Shown here: piece after piece, positions 45,186 to 55,695 of the stretch
How the letters are laid out: each line of letters begins with the position of its first letter
Position numbering within the stretch: position 1 is the stretch's first letter
Assembly: GCA_000004985.1 (NCBI GenBank)
Contig: GG738862.1
Direction: 5' to 3' (one strand)
Length of the DNA stretch: 64,000 nt
From: Naegleria gruberi
Taxonomy: Eukaryota
Translations under genes and position numbers: made by a program
The notes under the pieces: model-generated
Seen by the model: only the letters and a program-made list of their open reading frames with translations
Told to the model about the DNA's origin: nothing
The model's database searches: none

Positions 45186-45489
45186 AGATGATCAAAATTA
45201 AAAAGACAACCACCACACCAGCTAGCCGACGAGGAAATAACAGTAACCAAACCAGCTGGGGTGGTAAGTTGCCCTTTCTCCTTTCGAAGATCAATGGAGA
45301 CCAGAGGCCGTCGGGGTTGCAGTGTGATCACTTATTCCTCGCTATCTTAAACATGATTAGGGCATGTTTCTGTACCAGTTTAGATTGTAAATAACTCCCT
45401 CTTGTGGTTTATTAATTTTATTATTTTTATTTATGAACTTTCGATTTCAGAACCATATGAGGAAAACAAAGATTTGTTGTGATATGAAT

Positions 45490-48009
45490 TTACTGAGTGA
45501 TGGTGGCGTTGGTGATAAATTGTTGGATAACTTGTTCGGCTTTTGCAATTGCCCTTTTACCTCCTCCTAAGAGAATGCTTACAGTTGTTGGATCAGTAGG
45601 TGTAGTGGTAGTGGTGGCAATTGGGAATTTGATATATTCACATCCTGAACGATATTTGATATGGCTGGATCTGTGTGAAATCTTATTGTATTGTTCCTGA
45701 GTGATTTTAACCTCCTTTTCTCGAATGAGCAAATCATTGATTGTTCCCACTTCATGATAAGATCCAAATACAATAAATGTCTGTTCTGAAGTTCCCATAG
45801 AAACTGATGGAAAGTTCATAACCAGCTCTGCAATATGTTTACCCTTAGAACCAATTAGTTTACCAAGGAAATATTTGGAAGTAAATTGCGGAGTTTCATC
45901 TTGGGTGATTGTTACAACCCTGTTCGGATTATTATTGTTCATAAATTCAAATTCACAATTTTTAGCAAGCTCCTTTCCAACAAAGAAGTAAAGCCTCAAA
46001 TGTTGTTCCTTATTTTCATTTTGGGATTTACTCTTGTAATATTCATCCAGAGGAATATCCACATAAAAGTATCCATCGTCCATTACACCATTTTCCCTCA
46101 AGTATTCTTTTCTTTCTTCTGTAAGGTATGGAAATTCATAATCTCTCAAGGTTCCATCATATAGATAGCTTCTTCTGATAATTGTTGACGCTAGGGAAGG
46201 GCTTTCATTACCAGGTTTAAACTTTTTGTTCATGAGGTGTAATCTTTGTGTTTCATAGAGGAAGAGCAAATATTTTACGTCCAACGCAGCTCCTTCCAAT
46301 TGATCACTACTCAAAGGTCTCGTTTTCCAGTAAGTTTCCTCAGATATTACTTGTTCTTGAATGGTTTTCTTGGAGGAATAATCTATCATACAAAAGTCGT
46401 GTAGTAATCGAACCAATCCCTTAATCTTGAAATAGTTAGTGATTGGGTAGTGAGTTACAAACATTCCTAGGTTGTTGGTGTTGTTATTAGTCACAATAGT
46501 ACTAGGTTGTGAAAGTTGTTTCAATTGCCATTTTTCGTTAATATTTACAATATCCAGGGAGACAATATTTACATTAGCATCAATGTTAGTAAACAATTCA
46601 GTTGAAACAGTTGCTTCACCTTTGGCAGCATTCAAATAAGGGCTAGACGGTGACAATACTGCTTGCTCAGTATTCATCCAAGATTTGATAGTTTCTCGCA
46701 AGTTTTCCAGATTATCATTTATACAATCATCGTCCTCAATGTTCTTTTCACTGAGAAAGACTACCAAATAATTTAATCTGACAATATAGTAAGTCAACTC
46801 TAGATTGGATTCAATTTCTTGGGATATTAACACGTCCAATATCTTTTCAATAAATAATTTTCTCTCAATAACTCTTAGGTGATATAAATTTACAATAAAT
46901 ATAATGTTAAGAAAACCAGTTCTTTCAAACATGTTGGTAGCCACTGTTTTGCTAATTAGTTCAGAGCTGGTAGGTAATATAGAACTATTATGTTTGGCAC
47001 TTTGACTATTTAAATGGTTTCTAGATTGGTATTCGTCAAAATTAGCTTTAGAAAGTGTTGATGTGAATTTTTCAATAGTCTTTTCTATGATTTGATCCTT
47101 GAAGGCTTTCAAAAACTTGTCCTTTCCATCCTTTTGGAAAAATACACTATTCCTAACATTATTTGTAACATCTCTACAAAATTTAGCTGCTATATGGGCA
47201 TCTTTTCTTTCATGTGACTTGAAACTATGGGCTGCATTTACAATCATGTTGGCAATGGAACGAGCACAGTCGGCTTGAAGTTCTGGAGCTTGCTTATAGT
47301 TTTGCTTGTTATAGGTTTCCTTTACAAAATCTTCCAAATCAGTCATGAATCCCTTCAACATGTCACCATAGTGTTCAGGTGAGCTATTTCCTGTAATCAA
47401 ATCGATGTAACAAAACCACTTGACAAACTTGGGCAAGAAGTTTGATTCAAATAAGGATAAAACAGTGTTATTACTCTTATATAGAGAATAGAATACATGA
47501 CTTTGTCTTATAGAAACATCAGCAATTTGTGTGTCGAATGTGAAATTTAGTTTGGTTCCATTCATTTGATAGAAGAGAACATCCGAATCTCTTCTACCAT
47601 CATGGATTACTTTTAGTACTGTTTTGGACTCTAGGAGTTTTCGGAGATTGGTCTTGTTTGATAACTCTTGTCCTCCAATTTTAAATACATCAATAATGTA
47701 AATATCTAGAATTTCAGGATGTAATTTGTTAATTAAAGATATTTGTATAATACATAGTGTTCCACTTTGCTTGACTAGATCAGGAGATCCTTCACAATCA
47801 AGACCAATACAAGGGGTATTGTTGTTGTATAAATGTGTTTGTGAAAAGGAATTTGTCCTATTTCTACATGATTCTCCTTGCTCTAGTAAATCCTCTACTA
47901 TTGGACTTAACTTTTCTGTGTAAACCTCCAAAGAGTCAATCAAGTGAACAACATGATTGATAGAAAGAACATTCGTGTCCGAGACACCATTGTTATTATT
48001 AGAAATCAT
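45490..48009 (-). CDS. Protein of 839 aa with an N-terminal 3'-5' exonuclease (DEDD, RNase D/WRN-exo-like) domain and a C-terminal KH domain.
   Basis: Exonuclease motifs PCIGLDCEG...LCIIQIS and VIHDGRRDSDVLFY. KH motif FLGKLIGSKGKHIAELVMNFPSV near the C-terminus. Confidence 0.6.
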   Translation of the reverse strand: MISNNNNGVSDTNVLSINHVVHLIDSLEVYTEKLSPIVEDLLEQGESCRNRTNSFSQTHLYNNNTPCIGLDCEGSPDLVKQSGTLCIIQISLINKLHPEILDIYIIDVFKIGGQELSNKTNLRKLLESKTVLKVIHDGRRDSDVLFYQMNGTKLNFTFDTQIADVSIRQSHVFYSLYKSNNTVLSLFESNFLPKFVKWFCYIDLITGNSSPEHYGDMLKGFMTDLEDFVKETYNKQNYKQAPELQADCARSIANMIVNAAHSFKSHERKDAHIAAKFCRDVTNNVRNSVFFQKDGKDKFLKAFKDQIIEKTIEKFTSTLSKANFDEYQSRNHLNSQSAKHNSSILPTSSELISKTVATNMFERTGFLNIIFIVNLYHLRVIERKLFIEKILDVLISQEIESNLELTYYIVRLNYLVVFLSEKNIEDDDCINDNLENLRETIKSWMNTEQAVLSPSSPYLNAAKGEATVSTELFTNIDANVNIVSLDIVNINEKWQLKQLSQPSTIVTNNNTNNLGMFVTHYPITNYFKIKGLVRLLHDFCMIDYSSKKTIQEQVISEETYWKTRPLSSDQLEGAALDVKYLLFLYETQRLHLMNKKFKPGNESPSLASTIIRRSYLYDGTLRDYEFPYLTEERKEYLRENGVMDDGYFYVDIPLDEYYKSKSQNENKEQHLRLYFFVGKELAKNCEFEFMNNNNPNRVVTITQDETPQFTSKYFLGKLIGSKGKHIAELVMNFPSVSMGTSEQTFIVFGSYHEVGTINDLLIREKEVKITQEQYNKISHRSSHIKYRSGCEYIKFPIATTTTTPTDPTTVSILLGGGKRAIAKAEQVIQQFITNATITQ

Positions 48010-48572
48010 AATTTCTCCAAAATATATAATCTGATCTTATCCACAATAAATTATATGTTTGATTCTATTAACATTACAAGATGATGATACAATCCTTGTC
48101 AATATATGTACAATATTCCAATATATTATTACTATTATTATTAAAAATATTTAATAACTGTTTGATGATGATGAAATTGTTGTAACTGCTTTCAACACTG
48201 AAAAAATCAACAAAAAAACCTTCAAAGGTTGCGTGTGCTGATGATGTGCAGGAATTTTTTTATGAAGAGAAAAGGTCATTTTTAGCCTTGGAAGATTACG
48301 CGCCAAAAAATCATCAAACAATTGTTGATGAAAATTCAATGTGAAGTTACTATTGGAGATTGATGGTGCAATGTTGTGGTGGTGATGATGAAGGAATTTT
48401 CATAATGCTGATTAATTAAAATTATCGGAATTGATACCGAGAAGATGCACGAATGGAATTTACTTTTGAATATTTGGATAATAATTATTTTAATATTATA
48501 TATTTTAATAATTATATAATAATAATATTATGTTCACAATTTATTGAATATGCATGTCTTTGTATCAAGATT

Positions 48573-49208
48573 TCAAGGCATTACCTTTTTGAGTTGTTCA
48601 TTGACTTGATTTTTCAAAGAATTGATTCCTTCCTTTGCTGCTATATCAATTGTTGATTGAATGAGTTTGGAATTGGATGATGTAAAATCTTTCATTGAGG
48701 AAATTGTTGACTTGACACTCTGTGCCATGTTCTGTTTGAATTTGGAATATCTTGAGGTTATATTTTCCTTAATTTTCTGGATTGCTTGGTTGACTGATTG
48801 TTTGGAATTGTTTCTGAACTGGTTGATCTTGTCTTTCAACATTTGTTCAGTGATTTTTTGTTTATCCCTTACCAAGTTTTCAATTCTATCGACTTCTGTC
48901 TGAGCTTTTGTATTTGTTGCCTCGACAGCTTCCTCAACATTCCTTTCAACTGTTTCTTGGATATCATGATTGACTTTTTGGACTTGTTTATCAATATAAA
49001 ACTTTTTCTTATTGACATAGTTTTGAATTTGATCCTTGACAGCTAAAGTGTCCTCCTTGAAATCTTCCTTCTTTACATTGAGGAATGATGAGCTAGCTGT
49101 AGGTTGATTTGGTTGGAGAGAAACAGATTCAGAGGAAGAGATGGAAAGTACTACAATGAGCAGTATGCCCAATAGCAAGATGGTTGTTTGTTGATTTGTT
49201 TTTTTCAT
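48573..49208 (-). CDS. Secreted coiled-coil protein (211 aa).
   Basis: Signal peptide MKKTNQQTTILLLGILLIVVLSISSS, followed by a K/Q/E-rich heptad-like sequence. Confidence 0.55.
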   Translation of the reverse strand: MKKTNQQTTILLLGILLIVVLSISSSESVSLQPNQPTASSSFLNVKKEDFKEDTLAVKDQIQNYVNKKKFYIDKQVQKVNHDIQETVERNVEEAVEATNTKAQTEVDRIENLVRDKQKITEQMLKDKINQFRNNSKQSVNQAIQKIKENITSRYSKFKQNMAQSVKSTISSMKDFTSSNSKLIQSTIDIAAKEGINSLKNQVNEQLKKVMP

Positions 49209-49689
49209 TTTGTTTGATGCTCAAAGAGAATTGTTATGCGAATCGCATACAAAATTTATAATTCGAATTTTTTTCTGTTTTTGGTAAGAGAATTTGATAT
49301 AAGGAAACCATTTGTAACAATGTGCGCCTTTCTTTTCAAGATGCCGTATGAAAATTCAACATGAAATTATAAATCAGATCCGACAATGAAACTCTACCAC
49401 TCCATATTTAATCAAAGTAGACAAAGAAAATATTAAACAATTAAATAATAATAAAAAATAATTTCTGATATTCTGAAGAAAGTAAAAATCAGAAATACCG
49501 AATATTTAATTAATAAAATATTTAATATTAATTACAATTAAGCATATTATAATATTGATTAATTAATAAAATAATAAATATTTTTAAAAAATACTAATAG
49601 CATGTTGAATTTAGAACTTGAACAGTTGAAACGTTAAATGAACATAATAAAGTTCTATTACAATGTAAAATATATTTTAAATATAAAAA

Positions 49690-49859
49690 ACAAAAAATAA
49701 GATAGGGGTCTGATCTTCCTTCCATTTTTGGATTCAACACACAAACAATAAATAGTTTGTAATTAATTTCAAGTTAAGGGCCTGATCTTCCTTCCAAATA
49801 TTGATAAAATGACCCCAGGATTAGAAGTCCTGTGCTCTATCCAACTGAGCTATGACGGC
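49690..49859 (-). mobile_element. tRNA-Arg(UCU)-derived SINE-like unit. The tRNA head is intact through the anticodon stem (49859-49811). It lacks a T-arm and acceptor 3' half, and is followed by two copies of GGRCCTGATCTTCCTTCCA 72 bp apart and a T-run.
   Basis: Minus strand: GCCGTCA TA GCTC AGTTGGATA GAGC A CAGGA CTTCTAA TCCTG GGGTC, then a non-tRNA sequence. The A box TAGCTCAGTTGG is intact. Repeats lie at 49778-49796 and 49706-49724 (plus-strand coordinates). A6 runs at 49685-49698 give TTTTTTGTTTTTT on the transcribed strand. Confidence 0.4.
49811..49859 (-). tRNA. Truncated tRNA-Arg (anticodon TCT) 5' portion: acceptor 5' strand, D-arm and anticodon arm only.
   Basis: See the cloverleaf parse above. 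No GCCGTCA-complementary 3' acceptor strand or TTCGAAT T-loop follows. Confidence 0.45.
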
Positions 49860-50090
49860 TTTATTTCTTCTAATATTAAGGGGAGGCTCACACAACAAAC
49901 AAGTTAGGGGTTATAGTTAAGCTCCCTAAAACCACATTCTTGGAATCGATATCGGAGATGTGTAAATCTTGTCAAACTATCATCACTATTTCTGTTATTG
50001 TAATACACTGTTCAAAAATGTATTCAGTAGTCATTGATTTTCCTCTTTGACCAAAATTCAACACAAAATTCATATGGCTCGCCACGTTTA

Positions 50091-50161
50091 CCGTCTCGGG
50101 AGGAATCGAACCTCCGTCAATGGATTCAAAGTCCACTATGCTACCATTACACCACGAGACG
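50091..50161 (-). tRNA. tRNA-Gln (anticodon TTG), 71 nt, no intron.
   Basis: Minus strand: CGTCTCG TG GTGTAATGGTAGCAT AGTGGA CTTTGAA TCCAT TGAC GGAGG TTCGATT CCTCC CGAGACG G. The acceptor stem is a perfect 7 bp, the T-arm is GGAGG/CCTCC with a TTCGATT loop, and the layout is near-identical to eukaryotic tRNA-Gln. Confidence 0.8.
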
Positions 50162-51738
50162 AGCACATAGACGCTAAAATTCTTGTGTTGATATAACGCT
50201 ACCATTACGTCTGTTTTTTAATTGTTGCTGGAATCAGTTTCAATGACATTCAACCCTGTTGTAAAGTTAGGTCAATAAATATTGAATGCAAAGTTATAAC
50301 AAGGATTGGTCACATGATTGAACATCAGTTTCGAATTTTCTTTCAACTCGTTGTATACAACAGTTGTTTTAATAGAAGAATATTCTATCATATCCAAAAA
50401 GTTTAGTTTCCTTCCGAATGCATCAAAAAATACCAAATCCGGAGATTCTATTACTAAAAGTAAAATTTAGTAATTTGAATTTCAAAGTTGGTGCAAAAGT
50501 TCTGAAAATCAAGTACAGTTCCCTAATCGTTGAACACTGCATCAAAATTACCTCTATTGTAAATTGTCAACCCTTTCCTGCAAATATATCAACATTGTTT
50601 AGGTTGTCTTTGATTGAAATTTTACTCCCATTCACCAAAACAATATTTTTCATTCATTGGAATGCTCTTCCTTTTCAGTTTACAAATCATCCAAACTCTC
50701 TGCTTTCAATTTGAATATTAAATCATGAAATTTGTCAATTATTAATAACTTGAAGTCTATTGAAATGCAATTCACATGAATTACCTAACAAGTTGAATTG
50801 GTAATCAGACCTGCCATGTGTTGATGGAGATAACGAGGTCTGTGTTTCTCAATATCGACATCCAAAAATTCATCTTTTCAACGTTCATAATCAACACATT
50901 CATATGAATCATAACGAATCTTTCAACATGCATCAATGAAATCCACAATTTCACTTATTTAAATATTTGAAACTTAGTTGGCATTCTGCATTCTCTTTGA
51001 ACATTAAGTGGCGTTCATGGTTTTTCAAATCCACAAACGGAAAGGAAATCTATATTCCGGTTTATCGATAAACACCAAAACACTCTTCTTGTCTCATGTG
51101 TCAGCTATTGATTTTGGTACGATCACCGCTTTATTTACATGTTCCTTCTCATGTCAACTAGAAATGTCTTTATTGATACTTTCTACAGAGCAATAATTTT
51201 GAGAGAATCTTTGTAAGAGCACAATTGAGGCCATCATGTTGACTCTTATTGGACAATCTAAACTGAAATGGTTAGTTTGATAGCTTGTTTGTGATGTGAT
51301 GCATTTTCTCTTGTGAATCACAGAGAGGAGCGAGTTGTTATTATGGTCCAAAAACGCAAAACCACAGTCCAAATGAATAAAAGCCATGAACAATGCGACT
51401 TGTTACCTCAAAACAAATCAAAACAAATAACATCACACCCTGAAGCGAGTGCTAACAACGAACAGCCTTGTTTTCCGAAGCCTTTGAAAACTTATTCTCC
51501 CCAACACCCAATAATTGCTACAGGCTGATCCATCCTAAGATAAATTCTATTAGGTGTTATCACTCTACCAATTAATTCAATCTACCCTTTTAATTTATTA
51601 TCCACTTTATCGCGAGACGTCTCTCTTACACACACAAGTCCAAAGCCTTGATTGCGAGATACCAACCAACAACACCCAACCAACCTACACAACCGAATTT
51701 CCTCATCATCCAAAACAATATATTCACTAACAAAGAAA

Positions 51739-53125
51739 ATGGTCGAAAAGAAAGCTGCTAGTCGTAAGAATTCAAACGGAAGCTCCCTCTTCACTGCTGA
51801 AGATGATCAAAAACTTATCGAAGGCTACAGAAAGTATGGTAACAACTGGAAGGACATTTCCAAAGAGTATTTTAATGGTAAATTCAAGACTAACCAATTG
51901 TTCCAACGTTATAAGAGAGTCCTTGTTGCTAAGGACAAGGAAAGTACCTGGTCAAAGAATGAAGACATTGAACTCCTTTCAGTCTATCATCACTTTGAAG
52001 GATCATGGGTTCAAATGAGCAAGAAGTATTATATTGGTATGTATTCAATTAATGTTTCAATTATTTAATGACATTTGATTAGACACAAGAACTGATAACC
52101 AACTTTCAAATAGATGGGCTAGTTTAAAGAAGAGTTGTTGTTTGATTGATACTTTTGCCAAGTTGAAACCTACTGTCAAGAAGGATCTCTACAATTTATA
52201 TAAGAAAGTTAGAAAGGCTGATGGTCCTGATGCTATTAAGAATACAAATTATACCGATATTGTCGAAATTCCAGACGATTCATTCCCAAAGATTTACCTT
52301 GGTGAAGGTAGAAAGGTTCAAAAAGAAGGATCAAAGAAGAGAAAGTCAACCAAGAAATCAACTGAAACAATTGAATCACCAAAGAAGAGAAAGTCAAATA
52401 CTAAGGATGCTTTCATAGTTGAAGAAGAAGAGGAAGAAGATAACTCATCTGTTTCTTCATCTGAAGAAGATAATACTTCTGAAGAAGCTCCACTTCGTGT
52501 TATTCCAACAAGAAGATCTCAACGTGTAAATTATTCCAAGATGCTCAGTGATGAAGAAGAAGAAGAAAAGCAATCATCACCTGAAGATGAAAAGCCTCAT
52601 CTCTCTGCAGATCAAATCCAATGGCTCAAGGCTCAAAAGTGTCCTGCCAAGAGACAATCATCATCAAGCACTGCTCCATTTACTTTTGATCTTGCTTGTG
52701 ATGAACATCTTGAAAACACTGTTACTCAACAACCACAACCAGTCCAACAACCACAACAAACTGTATCTGTACAACCATTGGCCATGCCAACCAAGCAAAT
52801 CCAATACACAGTTGTTGAAAATCATGATTTTAACTTGGACTTTAACGAAGATGAATTCCTTGAAATTGAAAGATTTATTGGTGCTCCATATAGCCACTAC
52901 GAACAAGAAAGAACCATCTCTATTGAAGATATTGTTAATCAAACAAGAAGCATTAAGGAATTTTTCGAGCAAACAAAACCAACTCCAAAGGTTGAAGAAG
53001 AACAAAATCTATTCGACTTTAATATGACAGATTTTGGTGAAGATGGTCTTGACTTGTTTGATTTCTCCAATCCTTCAAGAGCTCCAAAGTCTCCATTGTT
53101 ATTTGAAGATGGTTTGGACTTTTAA
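51739..53125 (+). CDS. Myb-domain transcription factor (two SANT/Myb repeats) with an acidic, Ser-rich C-terminal region. 2 exons: join(51739..52036, 52083..53125). Intron is 46 nt.
   Basis: R2-like LFTAEDDQKLIEGYRKYGNNWKDISKEYFNGKFKTNQLFQRYKRV. R3-like WSKNEDIELLSVYHHFEGSWVQMSKKYYI|DTRTDNQLSNRWASLKK. The intron runs gtatgtattcaatt...gatttgattag with phase 1. The + ORF 52548..53027 is an overlapping alternative frame. Confidence 0.7.
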
Positions 53126-53530
53126 ATCTTGATCATCAATTTTGCCTTCCGAATCTCTCCCACACAAATCTAACGATTGTACTACCCTAAGCTTTTTTAC
53201 TGTACCAGAAATATGTACATAACATCAAATCATTACTAATTTATAAACACAAATCTCTTAAATTCTTGATGCTCATCTTCTTCAAATCCTCCTTCTTGTT
53301 GAATTATTTCCAAAATTTGTCTTTTTAGTCCCATTTCAAGAGACCTGCCACAGAGTCTGATCTCTGAGCTGATTGAGGTCTTCCTCTAGGTTTTAATTCA
53401 ATTGTATTTGAATTTAAAACTCTCCAATAATTTGTTGTTGGTAGTAAATCTTTCGATGCTTCTGGCTGTGATTTGTTCATTTGAATTAATTATACATAAT
53501 AAAAATAAGGCTCATTGGTATATTTCATGA

Positions 53531-54139
53531 TCAACTTACCTTGACATTGGCAAATGATCCGCCCTCAAAGGAAGATCTAAGGGCCATTGGACTTGCTCTT
53601 CTTCCTCTCTTATCGGAATGATCGTTCGATGTCTTATCTTCATACGACAATAGACTCTTCACGCTTACTGACTCATGTAGAGATCCACTTAAACCAGCTG
53701 CTGGAGTCGACCCATCTTCTCCTAATGATGATCTATTTGGTCTCTCTCGTGTTGGTGTAATAACCTTTCTTCTATTGTATAAATGATCCTCTGGTGGATT
53801 GATAACTACATTCCTCGATTCATAACTCGCAGATGTTGGCCTCTTTCTCATATACCTTGGAGGAGGAGGTTTACTCTCATCATTTGCCTTAGGACCATCC
53901 CATTTACCTCTCCTTGTTGGTGTCTCACTCCTCGTTGGCACAGGTTGTGTAAAGGTCTTTTTCCTTGGTATCTCCAACTCTTGAGAAGAGTTCAAAATGG
54001 TTTTCCTTCCTGCTGAATAGTTTGCCATTGGAATACTCGATGTATTACTTGTACTCGAATAATTGATACCAGCCCTACCAAACATACTAGTGGCTGGTGA
54101 TGGACTTCTCGTTGGTCGACCTGAGGCAAGTGGACACAT
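53531..54139 (-). CDS. Ser/Pro/Arg-rich hypothetical protein (202 aa).
   Basis: ATG ORF MCPLASGRPTRSPSPATSMFGRAG... with a consistent frame and local codon usage. Confidence 0.45.
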   Translation of the reverse strand: MCPLASGRPTRSPSPATSMFGRAGINYSSTSNTSSIPMANYSAGRKTILNSSQELEIPRKKTFTQPVPTRSETPTRRGKWDGPKANDESKPPPPRYMRKRPTSASYESRNVVINPPEDHLYNRRKVITPTRERPNRSSLGEDGSTPAAGLSGSLHESVSVKSLLSYEDKTSNDHSDKRGRRASPMALRSSFEGGSFANVKVS

Positions 54140-55035
54140 TTTTTGTTGTTTTCTTAGAAAATTGTGTTCTCAAATACGTAACGGTTTAAAACGAAGTTAC
54201 CTTTGTATTGTTGTTGTTATTGGTGATGATGTAAGTTAACTTTGAAGGTGGAGATGAAGTAAGTTTGATCAAACTTTTCCTTATTGAACCTCAATTGTAG
54301 AGTTAGTTTGAAAATAAGATACTAGTTCTAAGGATGATTGAATATTGTAGATTTTCACTCTGATACTACAACAACTTCAATAGCGCGGACTCATTTGCTC
54401 CTTTTTTTTCAAAGATGTATTCCTGTAGATCATTCATTGTGTATTACTGATCGAGATGATACACAAGTGTCTTGGTTCTACAACGATCTTGTATGATGGG
54501 CTGATGATGTTTTGAGAAGCAATTTGTGATGCAAAATGAGAAGATTTCAACTCGAGCATGTTGTAGAGTGGTGTGTGAACTACAAAAATTGTAGAATGTC
54601 AGATGGGTTTCGAATTGAGGTGATGGCACACTATGGGAATACAAACAGAACGGATGGGGCTACTCGACAGGGGATTTCTTCTTAATGAGGAAAGTTGAAT
54701 ACTTGATTAGTTTGGTTTCGATTAGTTGAATTATAATTAAGGGTAAAATTTTCAGCACGTTTTGTATTGAATTATAAAGTAATGGATAATTGCAATTCAA
54801 TACATCTCGAATCAATTTCTGCCTCAATAATCAAAAATTTATTTTAATTATTAAAAGAAAATTAAAGTTTCAAGACACTTGCAAGTTGTATGGAAATGCA
54901 TTTTGGCGCCAAAATGTAAAATTGCGCCACACCTTAAAATAAAATACAAACCTTAAAAAAAATATTCAACCCACCACACTTGGGCCAAATTATTGTATTA
55001 TAGAAAAACTAGATTGAAGTTGTTGATAAGAAAAG

Positions 55036-55593
55036 ATGAGTTCATTTCGAGGAAAGACTGATTATTTGAGCAGAAAGCCATCTCCTTCATCCATATCGTC
55101 GAGTAAATTATCGGGGAAGAAGATGAAATTAAGTGATGAACAAAAACAAGAAATTAAAGAGGCTTTTGATTTATTTGATACAGATAAGGATGGACAACTT
55201 GATGCTCATGAATTTAAAGTTGCTATGAGAGCTTTGGGATTTGATGTTAAAAAGGAGGAAGTTCTCCGATTAATTAGGGAAAATCTTGATGAACGACCTC
55301 TCGATGATTCTTATCCAATGCTGATAAGTGCCGATTCATTCATGCAAGTAATGACAGATAAGATTTTAGAAAGAGATCCACTGGAGGAAATTAGAAAAGC
55401 ATTTAAATTGTTTGATGAGGATGGAACTGGAAAAATCAGTGTTAAAAACCTGAAAAAGATTGCAAGAGAAATTGGAGAAAGTATGAGTGAAGAGGAATTA
55501 CAAGCCATGATTGATGAATTTGATTTGGACAGAGATGGTGAAATTAATGAGAATGAATTTATTGCCATCATGAGTAACAATGAAGATTATTAA
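55036..55593 (+). CDS. Centrin/caltractin-family EF-hand protein (185 aa) with a Ser-rich N-terminal extension.
   Basis: [38 protein letters not shown] (EF1), [30 protein letters not shown] (EF3), [25 protein letters not shown] (EF4). The centrin-type N-terminal tail is [14 protein letters not shown]. The second EF loop is degenerate ([12 protein letters not shown]). Confidence 0.75.
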   Translation: MSSFRGKTDYLSRKPSPSSISSSKLSGKKMKLSDEQKQEIKEAFDLFDTDKDGQLDAHEFKVAMRALGFDVKKEEVLRLIRENLDERPLDDSYPMLISADSFMQVMTDKILERDPLEEIRKAFKLFDEDGTGKISVKNLKKIAREIGESMSEEELQAMIDEFDLDRDGEINENEFIAIMSNNEDY

Positions 55594-55695
55594 AATTAAT
55601 TATTTCTAAATAATATGTAATTGATTATTATTTTCTTTATTAATTTTAAATCATCTTATAATAATTTAATAAATAATTTAAACAAGATCAAAAAA

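Noticed and set aside
49400-49700. Extremely AT-rich, taa/aat low-complexity stretch upstream of the tRNA locus.
   Set aside because: It has no repeat-unit structure beyond simple AT richness. It is more likely spacer or TE debris than a defined element, and it is only noted as context for the tRNA/SINE region.
54440-54620. TGATGA/CTGA box-like motifs suggestive of a C/D snoRNA in the intergenic region.
   Set aside because: There is no convincing terminal stem adjacent to the boxes and no guide-length spacing. The evidence is insufficient.
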